A stretch of DNA of 64,000 bases from Chara braunii (Eukaryota > Plantae > Charophyceae), in the NCBI GenBank assembly GCA_003427395.1, contig BFEA01000032.1, forward strand, positions 3,155,454 through 3,219,453, written 5' to 3'. The notes beneath the pieces were generated by a model. That model worked only from the letters and a program-made list of their open reading frames with translations. It was not told the DNA's origin and searched no databases. A program made the position numbers and the translations under genes. This document shows, piece by piece, positions 51,182 to 63,457 of this stretch; the first letter of the stretch is position 1, and every line of letters starts with the position of its first letter.

Positions 51182-51926
51182 ACGCAGGGGACACCCGTTT
51201 GACGGCGTTTGTCGCGTTGGAGCGGTATGGCTCACGCGGCAAATGAAGTGCGGCCGAACGCGAGTACCGTTTTTGTACCCGTTCGGACCGTTTCCCCTGC
51301 GCCACCACCGCAGCAGGCACCCCGCGAACTCCCTGCAGGACGCAAATGGGTTCGCGAGTTTTTTTTTTTTTTTCCAAAAAAAAAAAAGTGCATGGGGCGG
51401 TACTCGACAGCGGACACTACCACCCCACACTTTCACAAAACCCCTACCCGCCCCCAAACGCGCCGAAACGTGGTTCGCGGACCCCGTTCATTCGCGTCCA
51501 ACGCGCGTTTGAACGGGGATTGAACGCGAATTCAACGCGNGTTCAATTTTTCAACGCGTAACCCGCGTTGAATCGATTTTCGGACACACAGCCTATAGGT
51601 TATGATGTCGGATTGTGGCTACAGAGGTTCGGGGCAACGCGCAGCAGCGGGGAAGCGTCATGAAGGAGATTGAAGGGGTTGAGGGCCCGGCAGGGCTATC
51701 CCCCCTCAGTTTTGTTAGTAGGCACGGCAACAGGCCCGATCCAGGGGACCGGTAGGGTATTAGCAATCCCCACCCAGTTGTCTAGGATTTTTGTATATAT
51801 ATATGTTATTCTTATTTTATTTTATGTTTGTGTTTTTTTATTTTATTTATTATTGTATTTATTCGCGGTAGCACGGCTGGCTACTTGGGTTTTGAAGAAC
51901 CGCGGATGGGGGACTGCCACCGCCAG

Positions 51927-51949
51927 GTCCTTCGGGACATCCGCTAAAA
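51927..51949 (+). pseudogene. U6: U6 snRNA 5' stem-loop fragment in an LTR-like region
   Basis: GTCCTTCGGGACATCCGCTAAAA matches the 5' ends of the U6 copies starting at 26636 and 28933. Confidence 0.65.
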
Positions 51950-52128
51950 CGAGGGACGGGCTGGCGGGCCCGGGGTGCTTGTCACTGCTGGAGTTTGTAG
52001 TATATGGTGGGGGTACCTGTCTGAACCCGGCCTCGAAAGAGGGCCAGATCCGTGCACAGCCCTGTGAGGCAGGGTGGCACTAAAGAGTCTCGGGTTGCGA
52101 AGGGCCGAGGGGCGTGGCCACAGCCGAG

Positions 52129-52175
52129 GTCCGTCGGAACGTCTGTTAAGATCGGAACGATACGGGGAAGATTAG
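52129..52175 (+). pseudogene. U6: Degenerate U6 snRNA 5' half in an LTR-like region
   Basis: GTCCGTCGGAACGTCTGTTAAGATCGGAACGATACGGGGAAGATTAG versus the inferred U6 5' half GTCCTTCGGGACATCCGCTAAAATTGGAACGATACAGAGAAGATTAG. Confidence 0.75.
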
Positions 52176-55100
52176 GCCAGCCGTCTGTAGCGCGGTGTGT
52201 ATAAAGCCGGGGTAGTGTGCCTCCTGCCTCCATTTGGCTGTCAGAGACTCCGCAAGACCGGTTCTCCGGTTGTTCGAAAGCGGCAGCGAGGGCGGAGACT
52301 GGAGCTAACCTGGACGTAGGTTAGGCCGGGTACTTGCGACGGAAGAGTGACGACAAGGTAAGCGGGCGACAACGAAGCGGGCGGTCGGGCACTGTGCTAG
52401 CAGCAGCGGCCAGTGCAAGAGCGCAGCGGAGTGTCGGGGAGCAAGCTGGCTATGCGATAGGCAGGGGAGCGAAAACAGATGGGTGCATAGATTCGTGTCG
52501 GGTGCGTGCGGAGAGAAGGAGGAGACATCGGAGGGAGGAGATCCTACCTGCCCGCCGTCGTTGAGCCATAAGGCGGGATGAACCCGGCCAGGAGCTCGGT
52601 CGCGTGCACTCAGAAGATAAGGGAGCGAGGGATACTAGGCAGCGCAGGTTGAGAGAGGAAGGGCGACAGGTAGTAGAAAAGGCGAGTGAACCTGGCCGGG
52701 GTTTGGCGCCAGGTGCATTCGCAGGAAAGAGACAAGTGTGGCGGGATGGAGAGGGCTTAGCTCACTCGTTCCTTGTCGGAATCGAGTGAACTAAAGCAGC
52801 AGGTAGGGGTTTTGGCATGGTGTGAGCGCGATGGTGGAGTCAGATGCGGCGTTAGATGAGCAGAATAGGAGTTAGTTGGAAAAACTGCTGCGTGAAGTTA
52901 TGGCGGAGGGGGAAAATTACGAGATAGGAAAACCGAGGTGATACTCGATTCTTGATAGAATCGAGCGGGAGAAAGGCGGAGATAGGGGTTTGTGGGTTAG
53001 GCGAATCTGGATCAGACGTTAGATTTAAGTGAGGATTAGTAGAAGAAAGGTTAGTTGAGAAACGGGCCGCGCGGAGCTATGGCGGGGCGGGTGAAAACGG
53101 GCGGGGTGAAATTTGAGATCTCGCTCAAAACTTTACAGAATCGAGCGAGCTGGGAGGTTAGGCGGAGGTTTTGGGAGACAACGAATTCGATGGTAGATTC
53201 GACTTCCACGATAACGAGGTGGTTCCTGTGATGCGTGAGATGTGGGCTGCAACCGGGAAAGGAACGACTTCTAAAACATTATGAATCTGGTCGGCTTATG
53301 GCACAAGATTCATTCGGTTTTGCTCATCGCCTCGTTGGGGTAGAAGCCAAACCAGGCTGTGGGGTCAGAGACTTACCTGGAAGTCAGTGTGGCTTAACAA
53401 GCATGAAAAACAGAAACCTGTCTGGGCGCGGACGAGCTGGCTTTCAGTCAACGGTGCACCTAGTCGCAATGGAGGGGAAGATTCACCCTCATCTAGAGGT
53501 AGTAGTGGGAGGCATGTATGAGTGACCACTGACCAGGTAATCAAGATGGGGGGGGGGCACCAACAGCCGATGAAGGAGGTAAACTGATCACAAGCAGTTG
53601 GGCGATCCCCTGCGACCGGCCGCAAGGTGCATGGTTCCTCGCCATCGGGACTGTGTGGAAGTCGGACTGACGTTGTGGGTTGAATATGGGCTAGTCAAGC
53701 TGAGCTGTATAGAAGGGGTGTTGAGCGCTAGACAGTAGGGACAATTTTGGATACAGTGCTAGTGTGACCAGGGAGTGTCCCCTCTTCGCACTTGAGTTCA
53801 TCATACTGCCCTATCCGGATGGTACCTCCGTGCATAGGGATTCTCGGAAGATGGACTGACCTGCGTTATGAGTGAGGCAGTTTTTGAAGCTGTTGCAGTA
53901 CACCTTATACTGTTAGTGCCAGTTGGAACCAACGCAGTGCATGCCGAGCGCTCAGACTGCTGTTTTCGAGTAAATGAGAATGGGGTTGCGGCGGAACGAT
54001 AGAAGAGGCTGCAGTCGAACCACCATACTTACCTGGCTGGGCTTCCGTGAGGGGCAGCGCGAATGCATGGGTGCTAGGGGCAGGAAAGGCTCAGAGTCGA
54101 AGGGAGGAGGGGCACTTACCTGATAGCTGCAGCGGACCAGGCACATCGAGGTGGGAACCTACTCGTCAGGACTGGGACGGCCTGCTGTTGCCGACTGTTG
54201 TTGAAGGCGGCGATTATTGCGGCTGCTGGCAACTACGGCTGGGGGTGGCTGTTGTCGTTAATCATCGCTAAGTGCTGTATACTGCTGTTGGCTATTGTGC
54301 ACTGCTGCGTATAGAAGATGTATTACCGCATGCTGCTGCATAGCGCTGCCAACCGCTACGTATTACTCCATATTATTGCGGCATTGTTGTATACTACGGG
54401 GCTACTGCGGCATTGTGGCCTGCACGTGAGCTACTGCTGCATACTAAAGGCATATCGGTGCTGACCGTGGAAGCCTGTGGCCGACTGTTGCTGGTGACGG
54501 CTATAGTTGTCACCTACTGTTGGCTGCTGCAGATCACTCACTGTATACTGTTGTGGCGATTGCTGACTACTACGAACTGATGTGCGGCGGCGACAAGACT
54601 TAAGGGAGTGGCTGAGCTTGGGAAGGGAGGTTAGTGCGGCAAACTGGAAGGTCGCCAGGGGAACGATTCAGCCGTTTGAATTCAAGCTTGACCAAGTTGT
54701 TGCACTAGCCGCCATTGCGGGGCCCTCTGATTAAACTGTTTTATTGTGTTTTCACCCGGACTTTATTGAATGGTCATCCAACAAAAGTACTGAGTATTTT
54801 TTTTGAAGAGTTGCACGAGTGAGGCTTGTATGGCTAAAGCGAGGGGTATGAGTGCAATAAATGGTTTTTGACCCCGGGACGACACTGAGTTGATGGTACG
54901 GGAGAAGAAGGCGGAAAGGAGGGAAACTGGTGGTGACGACAACAAATCCCCGGTGGGTGAAGTAGTAGGTGTGGTCGGGAGAAGGGAAATCGGAGCACCA
55001 AGGGTCCCTAGAGGTGGCGCAATGAAATTCCCGCGGACATAGCCGATTCTCCGTGCGACAGGGGTATCGCGTCCTTATGAGTTCGTTTATCATAGCGGTG

Positions 55101-55419
55101 AAATAGTCCAGGTCATAGGATGAGTCTGAGTTCCAAGATCGCGTCATGGTATCATTGTGGGTGGGTCCGCTTGGGAAGGATGTCGTCACCACGCACGAGT
55201 ACGCGCAGGGCAGGCAGCCTCAGTGGCACCTCAACATGCTTGTGCGGGATGTCGGTTCCGCCGCGAATCTTTTTGGGGGAGCGGATCGACGCACGGGAAT
55301 GCGTGTAAGGGCGCGACTTAGATCGCGTTCACACGTGTTCTCGCGCGACGTTCGTGGGGTCAATCCTCATATCGTTTAATTGCTTCGGATTATGCAAGAT
55401 GCGACCATATCACAACCCC

Positions 55420-56860
55420 CAGCGCGAGATAAGCAAAAACGAGGACAAAATCGCTATNGGTGCCTGATCCTCATCCCATCTANAGCTGCANNAGGCNTGA
55501 GNAGAGGTTTGACACAAACAAAAGGTAAGGACCGGGATTCTCANCAGTGATATAGATGCGCAAGCATATCATCCATACATCCATTCGTTCAACAATCATA
55601 CACGTCACGCAATCGAGATGGACAAGAAGCGAGGACAAGTGTGAGCAAAAAACCAAGTCTCGATTCCTGAAAGCCGAAAACGAAAATGAGAACGGGCAAA
55701 CCGCCCGGAGTCGTAATCAAAATGTATGTACATAGATGAAGAGGGGGAAGAGACAAAGAAACAGCAAATCCACGTCCATCGACCTCAACTCTCTCTCCTT
55801 CTCTCTCTCTNTCCGATGCGGACAGTCCGTCGTCACGCACCAACCCACGAAGTTGTCACCCCGCTTAGTCCTCCCGCACCCGTCGGATTCGCCCGTGCCC
55901 ACAGTCCGCCGTGGCCCACGTCAATCCCGTGCGTTCGGCACCAGCCCGCCGGGTCGCCCACCTCCTACTCTACTCACCTCTTGCTTCGCTCGTGTGCCGA
56001 CCCTTCCTGATCGTGCAACCCCAAGCTTCCAATAACGGGTTAAGAGAGCTGACTAATCGCGCAGTCGAAATTTATAGCGTGCATGCATGCGAGAAGAACA
56101 CGGAATTACCAGGACTTAGAGTGAGGATTAGAGAGGGAACGCCTGCGTTTTGCATGATCGGCCGCGGCGTGGGGGACGTAGCCCTTCTCCACGCGTTGAT
56201 CCGAGCATGCAAGTCGCGGCTCACAAAATTTCAGCAAAAGAAAGAGAGGGAGGGCAGGAGAGACGAAGTGCAAGAAGAAAAATACAGTTATAAGGGTGCC
56301 CGCCCAAAATTACAGTTACACACGCGATTAAGGGCGCCCACTAATCAGAGGACCGTTACAGCCGCATGAAAAAGCGCGTAGACAAAGGCGCAGTGCGGCA
56401 GGAAAAAGTCCTAATTACTGAATTCCTAAATTCCTATCTAATGCGGAAAAGCAAAAAAGTATACGTTCCAGAAAGAAAGTCCAAAATCCCGAGAGTCATC
56501 AGGGCTCGACAAAATTCGAAAAAGATTCAAAAGAAAATTCAAAAGAACGAAGCAATTTCCCGCGCGATGTCTGCGCCCAAAAGATCGAACCCGAAACGAA
56601 AGGAACGACGTCAACATTTATTAATTGCGCGCGTGGTGGCGCGCCAGACATCCATCCGACCAATCTTCCCACCAGCCGTCCTAGGACACACCCAGCCCCG
56701 AAGAAGCGACGAAAAAGACGAAGAAGCAAGGGTACTGATGCAATTTTCCACCGATCCCGATTTCCCGTAAGTGGCCCAATCTTCCCAGCTTAGGACCCCT
56801 CGTTGCAACCGCGCAGAAACTCACGCGTTACAGAAAGTGGTTCGTCACACGCGCATGTGA
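55420..56860 (-). mobile_element. LTR-like sequence related to 31900-33406
   Basis: Shared sequence blocks in the same order. Confidence 0.45.
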
Positions 56861-58990
56861 CACTTCGGAATCCTTGTTTGTCAGTAGAGTCATGGCTATC
56901 TGGTAGGGCGCTTCGTTGCCGTGAAGCTACGCGGCGCCTGACGCAGTCGTTTTCGAAAACTAAAGAAGTGATCGCCCGCGGGCGTTGACTTGGGCGCGAA
57001 GGGCCAAGGGAGCGAGCGCGGAAATTTGTGCTAGATAGGAGCCTGCGTGCTTAGCAGGCCCCTTGCAGTCGATGATGGCGACGTTCCGGGCTTGGGTTTT
57101 GGGACCTTGTACTTGAGTTACAAGGGACTCTCTGCACACGCTTTGGGTGGTTTCCAGTTTGTGAGGGACGGGCGAGTCGTTCTCAGGTGGTCGAACGAAC
57201 ATTTTTGCAGCGCCGTGCGGGCCTCTGGTCGTCTCTCTCGGAGGGCTTTCACGACAGCTCGCTCGTCGCTGGCGGCGGTCGCGGCTGTCGGGGCTTTCCT
57301 ATGCCGTGGTGCCGGGTTGTGGATCGTTGCGTTCACCCTCGCTCATCCTCTTGCAATGATTGGCGCCTGATCGCCGACGGCGGTCCGGTTGGTGGTCGTT
57401 TGCAGGTGGTGGAGGCTGAGGTGCCTGTCACCGACTCTCAGCTTCGGCACCCTCATCCCGTAGGTTTCGGGGAGAGCGGTTGCGGCTTTGTTGTGGTGTC
57501 GTCTTCGTGTCCGCACTCACAACGGTGCGTTCCGTTTGTAGTGAGGGGGTGTCGTGACTTGGTGAGGAGGCTCTGCGCTCTTTGCCATCCGAGCGGCGCC
57601 GTTGGGCGGTGGCGCAGGTGGCCTCGGCCCTGCACCCGCCGCTTACCATATGCGAGGGTGGAGACTTATGGGATGCGTGATGCATCCGCCGACGGCGTGG
57701 CGAGGTCGGGCCCGTCATCCGCCCGACTTGCTGGAATGCGCGCTTGTGCCCGTCGTGTCCGCCATGCTGTGGTCTCGGTATGCTGCACACCGTGACGGAT
57801 CGTGTTGCATTGAGGTTCCGCTGCGTTTAGGTTGTGGGCTGTGAAGGCTATTGTCCTCTGTCTCATGGGTTTCTCCTGCGTCGAGTTCTGTTGGTGGTGC
57901 CCGCAGCAACAGGCGCATGTGGATCCAGGGGGGGAGGGGTGTTCCTTTTGCGCCCCCGTGCACAGGTGGAGGCTTTCCGTCCGTCCGACCGTGTTGGATG
58001 CATGGTGCATTCGTTTCTCTCTTGACTCGCGTTTCTCGATGCAGAGATGAGGCGGCGCACTTCGCTGTCGGTACGTTTTGGGCGGGCGGTGGCATCCAGC
58101 TGTGGTCCGAAGCGGTCGGTGGTCCCTTCGCGCGCGCCGTTCTTCGGAGAGTGTGGTTATCTTGCAATCTCAGGGTGTGGTGTGGGCGGGTGCTGTTCGC
58201 AGCCAATCGAGTGAGCGGATGGGGCAGGCTGTGTTGGATTGTGTGGTACCTTGCCGTTGGAGCTGGCCTACGGAGGGGAAGTTCACCTGCAATTCAAACA
58301 GCCAGACTTTGCGGCGTCTCGGCAGCTCATTGCACGTTCCACGATTGTTCGAAATTTGTGCTACGCTGCGCTAACCGGAGGGCGCGTGCGTTCAGAAAAC
58401 TCTCAACTTCCAATGTCAAAGCCTCTTTCTCTGACGTGTCGTGAGCAGCGGCTTGGATGAAGGCCTGTGACGTGCCAATCCAGCACCGGCTTCAATGTTA
58501 TCCGCCGCCTGGTGACTGGAACTCTAAAACTGTCTAATATGATAATTTGTTGGAATTTCTAAGCCGCGCTATTCTGGACTTTGCATCTCTGGTCTCCAGT
58601 GTGGATTTCATGTGATCTCTCAATGTGTGTGTGTGTGCTCAAGGTAACGAGCACTGCGGGCAGTGAGGTTCAATGCACAGCTCTACAAGCCAGGTAATGG
58701 AACAGAAATGCAGTTGTCTATGCTGTGGAGGACACTCAGTTACGAGACTAATGATATGGAATTCAATTTTCCAGTTCCAGTTTCAGTTCCATCAAACTAA
58801 CAACTGAGAACACGGTATAGTATTTAAATTTTAAACAAATATTACTCACACTGTCCTTTCCTTGTAAATCAGGACTAACATGCTGCGTTGTTGTCCTTAA
58901 TTGAGCGAACCGGATTTGGACAGCTTCGCTCGTTTGATATCAGTAAAAAATGGGACATCTGGAGAGTGGAAAAAAAAAGGGTTATCTCCA

Positions 58991-59051
58991 ACCTTTCTCA
59001 AGTTCTCAACCTTTTGGCCATAAGCTCAGCTGTGGTATCTGTTTTTATCAG
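58991..59051 (+). pseudogene. U2: U2 snRNA 5' fragment
   Basis: ACCTTTCTC(AAGTTCTC)AACCTTTTGGCCATAAGCTCAGCTGTGGTATCTGTTTTTATCAG aligns to plant U2 ATACCTTTCTCGGCCTTTTGGCTAAGATCAAGTGTAGTATCTGTTCTTATCAG, including the branch-site-pairing region. Confidence 0.8.
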
Positions 59052-59054
59052 CTC

Positions 59055-59105
59055 TTTTTTTTTTTTTTTTTTTTTTGCTGGGAACCGGTCCCAGTGTCCC
59101 ATATA
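59055..59105 (-). mobile_element. LINE 3' tail fragment with poly(A)
   Basis: T-run followed by GCTGGGAACCGGTCCCAGTGTCCCATAT, matching the 3' UTR motif at 5384-5411. Confidence 0.7.
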
Positions 59106-60117
59106 GAATTATACAAGTCATTTGAAATACCAGGGCCACAGGAAAATTTAGGAAAAACGTGGATAACTGCTGACCTATTGCTAGGCTACTCAAGCAGCGA
59201 TTACTAAGTCAAAAAATAAAGCCAGAGAAGTCCTTCGAATGCTCAATGAGAGGAGGAAAAGTGATATCAGGCAAGTTTGCAGAAACGAAGAGTCAGGATT
59301 GGTCGACGTGTCCCATGCATCGAGGTCCATCAAGGACAAGCCCTGCGAACAGCGGAGGGCCATAACCAGAATTGAGATGACCTAAACCCGGCACCACCAT
59401 CCATAGAAAATGCAATCTGGACCGGGTAGAGGAACTGGAACTGGAGCTGGAACTGGAACTGAATTATGATCCCAAAAACTTGAAAAAAGGCTTCCCACTG
59501 GGTGAAGCATCTACCGTAGTTGAGAGTTGTTATGGCTCAGTTCAACCTCATCCTAAAGCTTCACGAGTGTTTCCTTTCAGATGGAGGAGTGCCGTTTTGC
59601 ACCGTTGACCTAGAAGCCATGCAGTCCATCCCCCTCACCTGCATTTCTTCAACTTCTTTCGTTTTTTAATAGGTTAGCTGAAAAGATCCGGTTTTGGCAA
59701 CAGACTTGGGTAAGTAGGTGACTATACTGTCATTGTAAGGGAATTGGGCTGACACTAATAGCATAGGATGGGAGAAACACTAAGTTAGGAATTTTTTCTT
59801 TCTTGTCTGCTATTTGGAGTGGAGCTGGCTCAGATGAGCTGTGGTCGGAGTTGGGTTTGGCCAGGAGTGCCTCACCCAGCCCCATGTGGCCATGGCCTGA
59901 TACGTGAGTAATCTCCGGCCAGATTCCTGGCTTGTAACTAAATTTCTTTCCCTTAAAAAAAAAAAAGAAGAACTCTTGTCCGCTTTTTCTCCCAATGAAA
60001 CTTTTGAAAAGCTTGGCCAACAAACACAGCAAACAAAAGTTTTCATTAACGGTCAGTCCCCTGAAAGCAGGGCGATCAACGCCGCTCAATAATCCGATTT
60101 GTGAGTCTGTGCACAAA

Positions 60118-60255
60118 AATGGAACGCTGGACCCGATTTCCAGCAAGTGACGCTCCCCACTATCATGAAGTGGGGAGGCCACCCCCTGGAGGATGCTCGT
60201 CTCACCTCCTGGGGATGGTTCTCTGGCAATGTTCTTCTAAAGAAAGAAAAAAAAA
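60118..60255 (+). mobile_element. Isolated LINE-type 3' end (or SINE tail) with A-rich end
   Basis: GGAACGCTGGACCCGATTTCCAGCAAGTGACGCTCCCCAC..ATGAAG closely matches the reverse complement of 5287-5360. Confidence 0.75.
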
Positions 60256-62121
60256 CAATGATATCTCAAGGCCGTCACCTGCTTTCCTTTTTTCCCTTTT
60301 TTCAAGGAATCAGCCAGTCCATGGCTGTAGGTTGCCCAAACAGGAAACTGGAAGTCGACTTGCCCTGGTTGGCAAGTCAACATCCGCTGGCTGTGGTTAA
60401 TCCACCAAATACGTGTTGGCCGCTGCACGGAAACCACTTTCCTTGTTCACTGGGAGAAATGCATCCCTCACCCCACCCCATCCCCCTTACCCTCTTCGAA
60501 TGGCCACCGACGATGGAGAAGGCCAAACAAGCACGAATAGAAGCATGTGTCATGTATTTTCCAAACGTTTCAGCCGTGCTCTGCTGGTCTGAGTAGGCTA
60601 CAAGGCCTGGCGTCCAGCCCTATGAGTATGATACTACAGCACGCCCAAATGACTTCAAAAGGCTTGGAAATCCATTTTTGAGAGTCAAGAGTCAGTCACA
60701 TTGCATGGTTGAAACTTGAAAGGTTGAGAAAATTCCGAAAATATGTGGCACGTATTTGTACTCTGTGTTGTTTTCCCACTCCCATCGTGGATGGCCTTTT
60801 GGAGAGGGGGGGAAGGGGGAGCAGGGGGGCCTGGGGTGCGGGGAAGGGGGTGAGGGTTGCAATCCTTCCTACGGAAACAGAGGAATGGGGTTCTCGTGGT
60901 AATGCTTTAAATGATTTGGGAAGTAAACAAGGCAAGCCGCTTTCCTCTTCGGGAAACCTTCTGGGACGGAATCGCAGAAATCTCAAGTCACTGTGGAGTC
61001 CCATTTTCTTTCAGCTTTCGCTTATGAAAACAACTGCGGTGTCCACACCTTTTCCAACGGCTTCCAAAGCGCTGTTGTGTGGTTTCACGCCTATGTATCG
61101 CCTTTCTTTCCATTTCGGAACTGGTCTAACTACAGCTCCTCTGCACATTGCTTGCAACCCGTGGCGTGGTCCGACTTACCCGGATTCTTTGTTTTTGTCC
61201 GTAGATATAATTAACGGCCAGGAGTGGAAAATCCATGTAAGTGGGACCTTGGCCCCATTGGAAGTCCGGAAACCTCATCTGCACTGGTGCAGCTCCAACC
61301 TCTTCATTGGGAATATTACATGCTGAAAACCGGGTCCAGTGAATCCAGCCTTTGTGTGGTACAAGCATGCAACTGTCAATGAACAGATGATGAATCCGGG
61401 TCCTGAGGAACTCCTCTTCTTCTCGCCCATTCACAGCCCCTGTTTGGTTTACCCTAGATAGGAAGTGCGAGAGGCTGGGAGAGGAGGACGAGGAGGAGGG
61501 GGAGAGGGAGGACGAGGAGGAGGGGGAGAGGGAGGATGGAAAGAAGGGGATTATGGATGGTTTTCGCACTCCCCGCTTTTAGAAGGATAAGTGTGGAGGG
61601 TGGCGTGGAGGGTGGATGGATTCTTCTCTCGTGAGTTGACAGAGGCGGATTCTGTTGGGAAGTCTGCAGAGGAGAGGAAAAGGGGAGAGGAGAGGTGGAC
61701 GAAAGGGTGTCGCCTCTGGCAAGTTTTTTGAGGCTATAGAGATAATCTGGCCAATCAAAATTTTAGTGTTCATGATCAGATCGTTGGGGGAAAGCTCACT
61801 TTTGTCAGTGTCTAGTTGGCAAGAATCTTGGTGAACTATGTTCTTTGGTAGTGCATTGATCAGGGGGTTTTAACTTTTAACTCATTTGATAATTTCTTGC
61901 TAATTATCATAAGTCAGAAAGCTCTCAGGCTTGATGTGTGACCAAAGAGGGCGGCGGGAGATAGTCAGAGGCTGCGAAGGCAAGTGTGTGGGAGCAGCAT
62001 TGGCCCAGTAAGTCCTCAGTTACAAATTTGGTAGGGTACAGTAGGTGCACAGGATGGGCACCCATTCTCAACATCAGCAACAATCAGGAAAGGAATAATA
62101 GGGCAGAGCTTCGCACTACAG

Positions 62122-63443
62122 TGTTATGAATAGGACATTGGAAAGGAGAGCCGCAATAGAAGGAGTGCAGCCCTGTGCAATGACTTGCTGATTCTGCGGC
62201 CTGCGGCCCGTCTATTTCAGGCTGTAACATAGGTAGGCTAGATTCATAATTTTTGCGGGCTGAGGGCTAACCGAGATATCTGACTGTAAGGGAAATTTGT
62301 GAGCAACATATCTGCGAATTCGGGAAAAATACAGCCCGTACTAACTCGAATTCCTACAGCTACCCTAACTGCGAATAGCAGACCCGGGCTACCACTAGGA
62401 CAGACAGGCCGCCAGGCCTATGCTGTTAGACTGGTCCTATAGCCTATAGCCAGGTAGGGAGAGGTCGTAGAGGCCGAAAGGGAAACGGTACCGGTCGGTC
62501 CAGTCAGTCCGGTCTAGGTTGAGTCTAGGCTAGGGTAGTTCTATTAAGAGATTGTAGAAGTCTGTTCAGGGCTTTTGGCAGTTGGGACCGTGCACATCAC
62601 GGGATGCAACGCATGAACTGGGGTGGTACAGCTTCAGCGTTGAAGGAGACAGACATCGCCAGACCCTCAAAGTGTCGGCCATAGTTGGGACCTCTGCTGT
62701 TCTCTGACAGCACGGGGGGCTGTCCAGAGGTCTGGGCTATCTGAGGTCTGCTGGGAGCAGGAGAAGTTGGTGCCCTGCTGAACCCTCCTCAAGAGTAGGG
62801 TTTCAGGGTAGTGGCACTGCAGCCATAGCTGCAGCTTGCATCCTCAAAGATCATCTTTGTCAGGAGAGGTGGCGCCGCTGAAGATCTTCACCTGGGAGGC
62901 CTTTTGGCACTTCATCTTCATCAGACACTGTGGCGCTGGTCTGGTCTTCTTCTTCATCCTCTGAGAGGCGCTCGGCCTCAGAGGCCTGTTTCATGGTGGC
63001 CCTTCCCTCTGGAGGCAGTATCTGGGTGGCGCTTGTTGTTTCAGGGACTCAGGCGTAGTGATAGCGGTTATTCAGGGTTGGGGGAAGAAGTGCTGCTCAT
63101 TTCGGAGCAGCGCACCATGGTTCTGGGGCAATTCTGACAAAACGATGTTCTGAGTTTAATAAACAGTATTGCTACTGTGTGTGGACTATCTTTGCTTCAT
63201 TGTTTTCTGGATGTGATGTACTCAGCTTTCCTTTGTGACTTGTTGTGAGGATTCTGTGGAGTGATTTGCACTTTCAATGTACTCTGTCATACTGCATGGT
63301 TAAGTCTTTCATTGTGTTTCTCTCTCTCTGTGCGGTGTGATACTCACATCCTCTCCCCTTCCTTCTGTGTATGTATGGGCATACCTAGAAGTCTATGTGA
63401 GTGAGTGTTGGTCTTTTGACAACAAGCAACCAGGTTCATAACA
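62122..63443 (+). mobile_element. 5' LTR (~1.32 kb) of an LTR retrotransposon continuing past the window
   Basis: Terminal inverted repeats TGTTATGAA ... TTCATAACA; AATAAA near 63159; PBS immediately downstream. Confidence 0.9.
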
Positions 63444-63445
63444 AT

Positions 63446-63457
63446 TGGTATCAGAGC
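63446..63457 (+). promoter_or_regulatory. Primer binding site complementary to initiator tRNA-Met
   Basis: TGGTATCAGAGC two bases after the LTR end. Confidence 0.95.

Larger units (their letters stand above)
44385..51591 (-). mobile_element. hAT-superfamily DNA transposon with both ends present
   Basis: Termini CTGTGTATC / GACACACAG; 8-bp TSD CCTATAGG at 44377-44384 and 51592-51599; AACG/CGTT-rich subterminal repeats; hAT transposase inside. Confidence 0.92.
44124..55414. mobile_element. LTR-like region (TGTTACG...ATCACA) interrupted by the hAT element
   Basis: TG/CA ends, non-coding GC-rich sequence. No matching TSD found. Confidence 0.4.

Noticed and set aside
56880-58460. Host gene in the GC-rich stretch
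   Set aside because: Many short overlapping ORFs with no recognisable domain or splice structure. Left unassigned.
60400-61570. Coding gene (ORFs 60709-61326 and 61126-61569)
   Set aside because: No recognisable domain. It may be a decayed LINE remnant, but that cannot be supported from the sequence alone.
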